DNA from: Balanoglossus misakiensis
Taxonomy: Eukaryota > Animalia > Hemichordata
DNA length: 64,000 nt
Assembly: GCA_040954595.2 (NCBI GenBank)
Contig: CM082598.2
Location: 8,137,097 to 8,201,096, forward strand
Reading direction: 5' to 3'
Both the position numbers and the translations under genes were made by a program. A model generated the notes under the pieces. The model did not search any database, was not told the origin of the DNA, and worked only from the letters and a program-made list of their open reading frames with translations. Shown here in pieces: positions 40,301 to 52,308 of this stretch. Positions within the stretch are counted from its first letter, which is position 1; each line of letters begins with the position of its first letter.

Positions 40301-42934
40301 CAAAAGATGTTGCCTTACCCTACATCTGATTTGAATCAGATTGGGTGATCACATGACCGAGGTAACAAGGTCATGTGCCAAATCAATCCCCATATTCGGT
40401 CTATATCTTTATTACATGCCTTCCCGACAATATATATTCATGATAACTTGTATTTACAAGTAAAAAAATAAATTATAAATGTCATTTTCGTGATATCAAG
40501 AGGGAAAACAACAATTTTATCAAAACACTAAGCTTTAAAGTGTATGAATTATTATTTAATTGAAAGTGAAGTGGATCCCTGGGTGTTTCAGTTTCTGTAC
40601 CGATCAACCATCATACATGAATAATCTGGTGCAGTTTTTGGAAAATATTGCTATTTCATCATTTGCAACGTTCAATGTTGTATGGATTGAATTTTAATGT
40701 GTTCAGAAATAAATTATTGTAAAAGCAAAAGTGAATCACTTTTTTTCGTTTGGTTTCATGTCGAAAACAGTTCCAGGTCATCTTGCCGGCCAGTGATGAT
40801 TTTGCAGCCCGCTACGTCATGAAACGTTTGATATACGAGGCATTGTAATAAAGTTAGCATTTGACATGTACTTGTCAGGAACTGATTCTCTACCATTGAA
40901 AACACACTTGGCCATGATGAGGCTATAAAATCTTACCTATAATTATTCCTACTGTGGTGTAGTCCTCATGAAGGTGCTCTTTTAAGGTGTCGAAATATTT
41001 TTCTTTCATTTCTCTCATAATCAATGCGAAGAATTCTTTTCTTGGTCCTCCATAATCCTTTGCTTGCTAATGAACACAGAGAAAAATAGTGTGAAATTGT
41101 TATATAAAGACATGAAGCATATGCTCAAAACATGACGAAGTTACTCATCCTGTTACCAGTTTGGGTTTTCTGCAAATATAGAGATAGTTTGGAGCACTGC
41201 ACATGCACCATCCAAGCGAACGGGAAGTAGCATTTTTCTCAGGTTACACATCCAATATAGGGTATTTTCAGCTTTCGTACATGGCTAAATAGAGTGTCAT
41301 TTTTGGTCAAGTTCATAACCAAATGCAGCCAAGATGTTCAGTCAATGTCATGGCTGCCGGCGAGCATGAAAAGTTCAGAATCCCCGAAAATTTGGGTCTA
41401 ACCATTCTGCAGTCATCTCTGGTTTCTGCAATGTTACTCCAGAATATTTATGATTTCAGTTGGCTGTATTCAAATCTATTGTACAGTGTCTTTTAGAGGA
41501 TCCATTTTTCCTTCATATAAATATTAAATATTCTCATTGAACAATTAGTTGACAAAATGCCAGCATTGTATATAATTGCACAATGGGGGACAATGTGGAC
41601 GCTCGTTCTATGCATCACACATGGTGCTAGTAGGTGGATAGCAGGTAGGAGGAAGTTTCGTTAGAAGAGATTAATCACATCACTTCTGGGGTCAATTTAA
41701 AATAGGTAAAAGAGTTAAGGTTCAAAGACAAGTAATTGATCCTCTTAATCTAAAAATTCTGTTGCTTAATAAGCTCAGAAGTCAGAACCCCATCAAAAGC
41801 CTACCACGGACATGCAATTTGCATAACCTTTAATAAATCAATTTGCCCAATGGTTTGTTTTAATGCTTTGAGGTATCACCCTCAAATTTGCGAGAAAGCA
41901 AGCTGTCACAATGCTTTTTCCAAAGGTAGTCTCATATTTTTTATATCTTGGTTATTTTAGTGTTAAATGATCTTAAAGTTTGTTAATCATAACATTTGTT
42001 TTAGAAGATTAAAAAAAATCTGAGACACACTTCAGTCAAGCATTATGACAACTTGTAACCACAACAATTTCAGGCACATTTAGTTGTTGTTGCAATAATA
42101 TGCAAATTACTTGTCAGGTGACAGCTATGTAAACAATGGTGATTCAGTGGAATCAAAGATAAGCCCAAAGCTAGTTTTCTCCACTTCTATCCCTGATAAA
42201 TTGATACATATATGTTGCTAAATTTCATAAATACAAGAAATCCTACATTGTACTTTCATTTAACACATCACTCTGAAATATCCAACAAAGTCAGACTTAC
42301 CTCTCCATAAAAATCAACTTCCAAAGTTGTACACAGCTCCTTCACAGATAATGTTGTTATCTCATCAAATCCAGTTTGGAGAACTGACAACCTGTCAACA
42401 GTTATGGAAGTGGTTCTACCCTCAACATGCTGACTTGTGGACTTCAACTCTAATGGTCTGCCTGTCATTACTACTGACTGGTAAAATCGCAGAATTTCAA
42501 CTGGATTTGTGACTGCATTCTCCTTGCAATATTTCACGGTTCTCTGTACAGCATTATTTACCCATAACATGCCATCTTCAATCTCTGGTTCACTATCAAT
42601 ACCATCTCCAATTCCAAATATACTGCCTGAATTATCTTCATTATTCCTGGTCTGAAAGTAAACAAATCATTGTAATAAGTTTAATGACACATGACAAATA
42701 TAAAGTATTTAAACGTTCCCCTTTTCAGGTAGGCCTAAATCCTGTCATGTTCTGATTACAGTATCATAGGTGTTAAAGCAAATACTAGTACATGAATAAA
42801 TTATCCAAATATAAGGTTCAACCATATACAAGTTCTCTTGTTGGTGGGACCATAGCAGACTTATGTCACAATTACGAACACAATTGAGCATATTAATTTA
42901 AATAATAACACATGTTATAATATACACCATGCTA

Positions 42935-43220
42935 ATACTGTGTCGTGATTTGCCAGAATCCGTCACGTGATAGGAAAAGAGTATCAACTATGAATCCCTA
43001 GGTAAATAGCAGAAAAAATATAAACCGGTCACGTGACCAACGTGAGTGAGGTTTATTATAAAACACCTATGGCCTGACGTCCGTGAAGTTGGCCTCATCC
43101 TCAGCTTGAAAAGTCACGCGAATATGAGGATGAGGATGAGGCCAACTTCACGAATGCTGGGCCTGGGCTATATTCGGGCCGTTGCAGCCGTTTTTACCCC
43201 CTAGTGACTGTGAGTTACCA
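42935..43220. repeat. Intronic hairpin repeat (Crypton-like fragment)
   Basis: Perfect inverted repeat CGTGAAGTTGGCCTCATCCTCA / TGAGGATGAGGCCAACTTCACG (43082-43152). Confidence 0.55.
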
Positions 43221-45696
43221 TTTTTTTAAATTATTATTATTATCATTATTTAAACGGTGTATTCTCAAGGATGTTGAGAGAAGGGGGGAATGTCCCCTCT
43301 TAGTCTAAAATTATTGGGGGATTTGGTCAAAGTAGGGGGGAATCATGATTTGCATAATTTATGTTAATTAGGTAAATTTCAAGGAATAACAATTTTGAAC
43401 GTTATCTTACTAACTGCCTTCATTCCAGCAACTTATGAAGTGCTAGGCTTGCCAGCGTAGGTAGTAGGTACTGTGCAATCTCGTGTGACCTGAGCTACGT
43501 AGTGATAGCGAGACAGAATTACAACATTTTACATGTTAACATGTGACATCTAAACAGTTACAGATTTTTTCTACTTTAAATTAGTAGATTTTGCAGAGGA
43601 AGACACCAGCTTGCATAACTTTCAGGGCATGTAATTTAAAAAAATGCTGGAGAGCTGAAAATAACTCTCCTGAAATTAATTACACAAGTGGTAGGAGAGT
43701 GACTAACTGCTCCCCTGGCAAGGAGAGTGAAATGAATAAAATAAATGCAACTGGAAACACAAGTGTCTTTCTTTAAAACTATACCTGGGAAAAATTTTCT
43801 TGTTTGATTTTAAAAGTTTCAGTTTTTTTAGCTGTCAAAATATTATATTGTGAAACTATTAATAGTGAAATAAATTGAAGTGGTATATTCCTTCAGATTT
43901 CTGCCTACACTTCCCCATCTGTGGCTAGGCACACTACTCAAATAAATAGTCACTGTACATATTGAATGACTTTCCTTCCAAACATATTGAATGACTTTCC
44001 TTCCAAAGTAAGAAAACAGGTCTTGGAAAACTGATACATTCTTGATAATCGCCATGGCATGAATGCAGTTCTTTTAATTTGCATAAAATTGTTACATTCT
44101 GCCAACCCAATTTCAAATGTCTCCATAACAACAAGATCACTTGAGTGTGTGCTCTAAACTTAGACAGTGTCCAGACAGAGCTCTTTGGCTGTTCCAACAA
44201 TTGCACACTATAGCCCTTGGAGCTAAATTACACGTAATTGAATGTGAAAGTCATTTACAACATAGTATTTGGGGGTGGGAAGTTAAAATGTATAGGCCAG
44301 CACGCAGTGTTATCGGCCGTTTTCCCAGTGTTTTGACTGACAGTGCATGCTACGAGGCTTGACGCACATGTACTGGCCGGGTGGGCTGCTCACGAAGGGG
44401 CGATTGTCGCCCCCTGAACTTGTTACAAGGGGCGCTTCAAGTGGGGGGAATCGCGCAATCGCGCGTCCCGGAGAATTAGAAAACACCAGAATCATACCCC
44501 TCAGCAATTTCGATCCCCGTTAGAAACAGAACAAGATGATTAAAACTTACATGATCCTGTTCAGCATTTTCAGTCAGATCAACAACCATATTGTTCGGAA
44601 TTTCTTGCGGCGTATCTCGATGTTCAATAGGTCCGAGAGGAAGCTCTGGGTCTTCATCCGACTCCGATTGAAGAACTGGCAAACACCAGTCGATATGACT
44701 GCGTAATTTGTCAATCGTGAACTCTGTGTTGCAACCTCGGCACTTTTCTTTCAGACTCGTCCCATGGCTGGTTTGTTCTGTTTCTGTGACGTTCAGATTT
44801 TTTGAATAGGGCGCAAGTATAATTTGGCTTGAGAGCCGACATGGCGCTTTAGCTCCTCGACGCTCCAAGAACATGTTACCGTTTGCAAATTTCGGCAGTT
44901 GCCAGTGCAATGCATGATTTCGAAACCTCCGCATTCACTTAATTGTGGATATTCCGCCTTGATTTTGTTGGCAACATCTTCCTCATCATCGTGGCAGAAA
45001 AAAATCATCTTACGTTCCCCAAGTCCCGCCTTGTTAAGAACTAGCTTTTCAGCAACTGTTGGAATTCTCTGTTGAAGGCGATCAGCCACACACAAGACAC
45101 GGACTGTCCATGTCCGGGCCTTTTTGGCGGTTTTCTTACCTCGACCGACAGTACCAGACGGGGCACCAGCCCGCCCACGCCCACCATTGCTTCTGGCGGG
45201 GATAAATAACATGTCTCTTTCAGAGCGTACGGTCTCAGAGAGTCTTCCATAGTTGCTAGAAGATGCAGATGCTTGATCCATGTCTTCACGGGCGACAGCA
45301 CGTGAACACTTCTTTCACAGATCATGCCGGTGTCCCATGGTCTCTACCCCCAATCTTATGAGTTCACGATCAGTGAGCGATTCTACAGTTTCCGGGGAAA
45401 TGCGTTCTTGCAAAAAATTTGGTATCAGAGTTGACAATGACATAGAACGCAAAATTTCCTCCATGATGATGATGACAGGATACAATGTCCCTGTGCGAAC
45501 ACGCGTGCTTGTCTTAGTGCTACAGATTTTCCCTCTCTTTTTCACCGGATGTACATTGTAAATGTATCAAATATTTTGGGAGACTGCAGGCCACAGTCTA
45601 TTTATAGCTGTGGAAACAAAACTGTTCCGCCAGGGGGAGGATACCGCCCTCCCGGAACAGCTTGATCTTCTTCTAATGAAGTTAAATGCACCACAC

Positions 45697-46599
45697 AACA
45701 TGTACAAAACCACAGGACAACATATAGAAATGCACAAGACAATGTATATGAATGGACAAGACAACATATAGAAACGAACAGGACAACATGTTAAAGGCAC
45801 ACGACAACATATAGAAATGCACAAGACAATGTATATGAATGGACAAGACAACATATAGAAATGAACAGGAAAACATGTTAAAGGCATACCACAACATATA
45901 GAAATGCACAAGACAATGTCTAGGAATGGACAAGACAACCAATATGAATGGACAAGACAACGTATACAAATGGACAAGACAACATATAGAAATGCACAGG
46001 AAAACATGTTAAAGGCACACCACAACATATATGAAAGGACAAGACAACATATAGAAATGAACAGGACAACATATTAAAGTCACACGACAACATATAGAAA
46101 TGCACAAGACAACATATAGAAATGCACAAGACAACATATATAAATGGACAAGACAACATATAAAAATGAACAGGACAACATAATAAAGTCACACGACAAC
46201 ATATAGAAATGCACAAGACAACATATAGAAATGCACAAGACAACGTATGTGAATGGACAAGACAACATATAGAAATGCACAGGACAACATGTTAAATGTA
46301 CAAGACAGCGTATATGAATGCACAAGACAACATGTTAAATGGACAGGACAGCATACATAAATGCACAAGAAAACATGTTAAATGCACAAGACAATATAAA
46401 ATGCACAAGACAACATGTTAAATGCGCAGGACCATATATAAAATGCACAAGACAACATGTTAAATGCGCAGGACCATATATGAAATGCACAAGAAAACAT
46501 GTTAAATGCACAAGAAAACATGTTAAATGTACAAGACTACATGTTAAATGCACAAGAGAACATGAGTTCAGTTCACTTAAGGCAGTTATGGCTTCCATA
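45697..46599. repeat. Right TIR built of 21-22-bp tandem repeats
   Basis: Inverse of the left array, with a different repeat count. Confidence 0.92.
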
Positions 46600-46915
46600 G
46601 TTATCGGGCCACAGTCAGCTGCAGTCGGTCAACAACTATGCCACCGCCTCGCTAAGACTGCAGGAAGAGATGTCAAACATCCTCGCTCCATGTTCATCCA
46701 AACAAGTCGAAAATAGGGCAATTTCTGGTTCCGTCAGTTCAAGCACGTGTCAGATGGAAGCGGCGACAACGGGCGGTATATTTAGCGACGCAGTGACATA
46801 TGGCGGCTCGTTCAATATCTATGTTTCAAATGCGACGTCGACGGGATCACCTTCCATGACACAGCCCCCACCACCGCACAAACGCCCGACAGCCAGTTTT
46901 GGCTTATTCACGTGA
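46600..46915 (+). pseudogene. Crypton tyrosine recombinase, 3' part
   Basis: SGHSQLQSVNNYATASLRLQEEMSNIL carries the catalytic His and Tyr, followed by a low-complexity tail. Confidence 0.85.
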
Positions 46916-48390
46916 TGTCCGGTGCTGCATGCATGTCATCGGTCGCGTTGTGACTATCGACACGACGACCGTGTCGATAGGTGCATTAAAGCACCTTATC
47001 GACACGATCACGATGACCGTGTCGATTAAATACAAAATTTACACTAATGTCACCCGTTTGCTTCAGCAAATATTCTCAAATGTACGGCTTTCGTGTTGAA
47101 ATCAATTTTCCTCGTGTGACAAAAAAAGTGTGTCGTTCCCCGGCCCCTACAGTCACTGTGTTAATGCCATGAAATCCAATTACCTTTTTATAATAAACAA
47201 CCAATGAAATAGTGTTCCCAATGTTTACGTGTTCAACTCAAACTGTAAAAAAATCCAATCAGAGAACATTAAACAAATAAATCGCACGCGTAGCTAAAAA
47301 CATGTTCAACAACAACAACAACAGTATTTGTTTGATCTATGTAGCTTATTTTCTTCATCTTGAACAATATATTCATGGTGGCGTACGGGGTTAGCGATGT
47401 GACGGATGTGACGTGGGCAGGCTTAGTCACGGTATATGGTATTCCGGCAGAGTGCGTGCGTTCGAAACGTTTTGTCGCGTTTTTTTTTTTCGTTTTTCTT
47501 TTTCCTTCTGTCTGTCTACTTAGTAATTTTTCTCTTCTCTCTCACCCTCTTTCCCACCCTTACCCCTTTTCCCACTACATTCACTGCAGCTATCCGTCAG
47601 TTTTTATAATGTCCGCCCACAGCAAGTTACAACGGGTCAATCGCTTTTCTAATAACAACCGGCCACGGTTAGGAAGGGTATTACCGTTTAACAACAAGTC
47701 TATATAGTACCAATATTCGCCCATTATGTACAAGAAAACACCAGAGACTACTCGGGGTTATAAAAACACCCGCCGCTCCAAATTGCCACAGTACGCACAG
47801 CCGATGTATGCAACTAAGCTAAGCGGACCTTCACCATCACTCTTTTGCGACATCCGAACTATGTCCGTACATCCATATCTTTTTTAAGAAACATATTTAT
47901 TCTATATTCGTATTTTCCAATTAAGATGATATATTACAGTGCTGATATTAAAAATATAAACTAAACGGACAATATCGACAGCATAGCGCACCCAGCGGCA
48001 GGCCAGTGGACATCGACTTCGCACGGACTCATGGGTATTTGGCGCTAAAACTATCGATCACGTGATCATTTTGAAGATGGCGGCAAACATGGAGCAGCGT
48101 GAGTTTAACAACTTCGAAGAACTACATCAGTATGTTAGCCAATACGCCAAAATGAATCTGTTCGTATTTACAATAGGTGATTGCCGAACTGTGGGTAACG
48201 CAAATAAGAAATTAACGAAAGGCAGCAAACCGTATAATACGAAATTTAAATATTCGTATGTAAAGTACGTTTGCAAGCATTACGGTAACCGCAGAAAGAC
48301 CCAAAGCGCCGGGATTCGACCAAATCAAAGGTGAGTTTTATTGAACGTTTACCAAAAACGGTCTCATGGAATTTCTAGGGTGAAAACTAA

Positions 48391-49737
48391 GGGACCGTTC
48401 AGTTTTTATGGCAGGGGGGGGGGCGGCAAGTTTGTGTCATCGGTTCTCAAAATTCCAAAAAATGATGACCCCCCTTTGACAGACCCAAAAATATGATGAC
48501 CCCCTCCCCCCCACGCCGAAAACATTCGCCGTCCTGATCCTATGTATACACTGTATGCAATAAAGGGAATGGGGCTCCTCTCCCCTCAATTATAAATTTC
48601 TTAAAGTAATTGAATTATTTAATAATATTGTTGCAATAAAGAAATTAATGAACAAAATAAAATGACAAGTCAATACAATAGTTGCTAGAATTGGTAAAAC
48701 AAGAAAAGTGGCGGGGGTGGGCGTGGGAGGAGGTGTCCCCCTCCCACCTAAGAAAATTTTGTAAAATACGGTGCTCAAAGTTGCATTTTAATGAACTCAA
48801 AAGCAAATAAAGTAAATGTTAGGCAGGACGAATTTTGATTTTGCCACTCCACTCAAAGTAAGCATAGGGGTGGGGTGGGAATAAGTCTGCCCTGGTACAC
48901 TAGACAAACCAGCGGATAAATGATATGTTGCATAGAATGTAGGGGGTGGGTGTGGGAGGGGGTGACCCCCTCCCACATAAGAAAATTTTGTAAAATATGT
49001 AACTTAAAGTTGCATTTTTATGAACTCAAAAGCAAATTCATCTCAATGTTTGGGAGGACCAATTTTATTTTTTGCCATTCCACTCAAAGTTAGAAGATTT
49101 GGCGTCATCTTCGTCATGACATCATTTATAAAACTTCCAGCATATAGAAGATGCAGCACGAAACTATCAGTTATGCAAAATGGTTTAAACATTTATTCTC
49201 CTTTATGTATTAACTTTGTTAAATATTATCATCAGTGGGTTTGGGGTGGCAAGCACTCTGCCCTGGTAGAATAGTCAAACCAGCAAAAATCGACATGTTG
49301 CAAAGAATGTAGGGGGTGGGTGTTAGAAAATTTTATAAAATACAGAGCTCAAAGCTGCATTTTAATGAACCCGGCAAAAGCAAATTAACTCAACTACCGG
49401 TATGTTGGGGAGGACAAATTTAACCGTCGCCGCTCAAAGTTATCATGGGGTGGGGGCAAGTCCCCTGACCCGGGACACTAGATAAACCAGTCAATGATTG
49501 AAAGGTGTTGATGAATGGAGGGGGTGGGTGTGAAAATTTTGTAAAATAAAGGACGCGAAACTGCAATTTTGTGGACTCAATAGCAAAAGTTTGGCGGCAA
49601 AAGTATGTGACCCCCCCTAAACGTTTAAAAAAACCAGATGACCCCCCCCCCCTTTTTGGACTTCAAAATTCAAGTGACCGCCCCCCCCCCCGGATTTTGC
49701 CGCCCCCCCCCCCCGGCCGTAAAAACTGAACGGTCCC
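48391..49737. mobile_element. PIF/Harbinger-like MITE in MULE intron 1
   Basis: TIR GGGACCGTTCAGTTTTTAYGGC; TSD TAA at 48388-48390 and 49738-49740. Confidence 0.88.
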
Positions 49738-51889
49738 TAAGCACTGTTGGGGGTGGGGAGAGATTGTCTTTGTTGACAAAAATTAAGCCTCGATTTTGTT
49801 GAAAACGTGGACCTTAAAGCCCCATTAGCTGTATCTTTTCATATTATTTTGAACACAGTAATTTTAGATCAAAGGTAACTTATTCAAAAGTCCTTCCCAA
49901 TGTGTGGCCATAAAATGTTTCATGATGTTGGGAAAGGACTCGGATTCGCAAAACAACTTAGATTTATTAACAAAGAAATAATTTTTGGCTTGCAAGCCAA
50001 ATATGGCCGCCACCAGCAAGTATGCATAGATGGTTGGATTTGATAGACACGGTATATTGCCAGTGATTGAAATGGCAGCATTTTCAGACAAAATGGTTGC
50101 AAATCTCCTTGGATTTTGAGTTAGATTGAGCGTATATGAACCCTGGATATTGATATGGCCTTTCTTTTATCAGGAGTTACAGAATGGGCTGTAAGGCGTC
50201 CATTTATGCCTCTGTCGATCGCTGCAAGGAAAAATTTGTAATACTTAAAGCAAATCTGCACCATAATCATGAGACAAATGAGGATCTGTTCAAAGTGTAC
50301 CCAGAACAGAGGAGACTTGATGAAAAGGAAAAGTGTACAGTTGACATGTTAAGCAAGCTCACCGTTCCCGCAAGTTTTATCTCTGAGCACCTGTATGAGG
50401 TTACCGGAAATCGACTTACAGTCAAAGATATACAGAACATTAGGAGACGCAATCAGTGTGGCGAAGATTTAAACAATATACTTCAAGTTCTTGAAGAGTT
50501 CTGTGCAAGTTGTGAAGAAAATACTGTTTGTATTGAGGCAGATGAAGATGGAGAAATCCAGGGAATATTTTTTCAAACTGCTGAACAGAAGAAACTCTTC
50601 TCAAAATTTCCAGAAATACTGCACATAGATGGCACATACAACATCAATAACAGACGTATGCCGCTGTATGTCGCAATGGTTGACGATGGTCATGGAAGAG
50701 GTGTCGCTGTGGGTTATGTGCTTTTGTCCAATGAAAGAAAAGAATGTGTGAGGTTTTTTTTGAAAACTTTGCAAGAAAACAATCCATGTATCGGTGAACA
50801 CACAAGATGTTTCATTGTAGATAAAGACTTCACTGAGATTGCCATAATAACGGAACTTTTCCCTGCCGCTCATATCATAGTGTGTCTCTTCCATGTGTTG
50901 AAGATATTTCGCCAAGAAATCAATAAGTTGAAATTGTCTGAAGAAGTCAAGTAAAAAATACGGTCCTGCGTACAGGCAATTGTGTATTCTCAAACTGAAG
51001 AGACATACACAGAAAAAGTAAATGATCTGAGAAAAGTTGCTTGTAGAGAATTTCTTGAGTACTTCGATCGCAACTGGGACAACTGTAGACACATGTGGGC
51101 ATCATACTTGACCAACAAATACTGCAGCTTCAAAACAAAAACAAACAACATACTGGAAAGACATCACCAGGAGCTGAAAAAAACACCTAAATGGCCGAAT
51201 AACTGTTGCTGAATGCATAAAGAAGATCTTACGCAGTCAAGAAAGAAGTCTGTCCAGGAGTGAGCATAAACATCTAATGACTTCAGCTTGCACATTGTAC
51301 AATGTCCATGACAAAGACAAGTTGGTACGAGACATAAGAGTTACGGCAACTCCATATGCAGCAAAGCAAATGGTGTCACAGTACTCGCAGGCAATGGAGT
51401 TGAAAGCCAAAGCTGTTATTCAAGTTCATTCTGATCAGATGTTCTCAATTTCAATAAATAAAGTATCCAGGGCAGTTAATATATCCAGTAGTGGACAGCC
51501 AAGATGTACATGTAGCTTCTGGTCGTCCATGCACTTACCGTGTAAACATATTTTCATGCTGGTATCGGAAAAGTTGTTAACTTTCAGCCAAGACTGGATT
51601 ACAGTGCGCTGGAAAAAGATATACCAGAGCGAGCATGTACCACTATCTCTCTCACCAAAGTCAAACTCAGTAGTCACTACCAGTATGTCAGAAAAAAGGA
51701 AACTAAGTCGTACTGAAAAGTACAACAAAATGAGAAAAGTGTTGCTAGAAATAGGTGATGCATGTTCTGGAATCCCTCAAGAGCAGTTTGATCATCAATA
51801 TATGCAAATGTTGATGATCAGAAATGCATGGACGGCTGGTGAAGAAATCCGTATAGAAAGTTGCTCTGATGGAATTGATTCACATACTC

Positions 51890-52308
51890 CGGGTATGGTC
51901 GGAAATGTTGTCTTAGATGGGGTTGGTGTGCCAATTGACCAAAGTAGGGTTGATGGTGTTGTTCAGTCAGGTTTGCGTACTTGTACTCAAGGTACTATGG
52001 GAGATGTTGATCTCAGTGGAGTTGATTTGCCAACTGAACTTCGTGGGGTTGATGGTGTTGTTCGGTCCTATCCATGTTCTGCTGGAATTAATGTTGACCA
52101 AGGTGGTGTTGATATGCAAATTGACCTTAGTGGGGTTGATGGTGTTGTTCAGACAAATTCGCATACATGTACTCAAGGTACTACAGGGGATGTTGATCTC
52201 AGTGGAGTTAATTTGCCAATTGACCTTAGTGGGATTGATGGTGTTGTTAGATCCGATCCATGTTCTGCTGGAATTAATGTTGACCAAGATGGTGTTGATA
52301 TGCAAATA
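51890..52308 (+). repeat. Coding tandem repeat (~62-aa unit with VDLSGVD/IDLSGVDGVV), continuing at 56679-56760
   Basis: Repeated GATCTCAGTGGAGTT and GTTGATGGTGTTGTTC blocks in frame. Confidence 0.85.

Larger units (their letters stand above)
35722..45464 (-). pseudogene. Transposon-borne HECT-type (G2E3-like) E3 ligase gene: SAM-like, conserved beta/alpha domain, C2HC zinc finger, compact HECT; disrupted
   Basis: Phase-compatible exons: 45464-44551, (possible ~43489-43415), 42651-42301, 41066-40937, 39522-39377, 39032-38855, 37427-37377 joined to 35930-35722. Motifs LEVDFYGE|QAKDYGGPRKEFF, ILQFVTG, LPTANTC..L.LP, FFGNV*. Lesions: in-frame TGA at 45317-45315, -1 shift at ~44800, insertion at 35933-37376. 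Confidence 0.85.
31797..46599. mobile_element. Full-length IS3EU-type DNA transposon (14.8 kb) with two convergent genes
   Basis: Termini TATGG(A)AAGCCATAACTGCCTTAAGTGAACTGAACTCATG and its inverse. 6-bp TSD GTTATC (31791-31796, 46600-46605). Excision restores the Crypton frame QVQQL|SGHSQLQSVNNY. Confidence 0.92.

Noticed and set aside
47360-48070. Possible MULE left TIR or 115-aa ORF
   Set aside because: No convincing inverted match after 61976, and the ORF is low-complexity.
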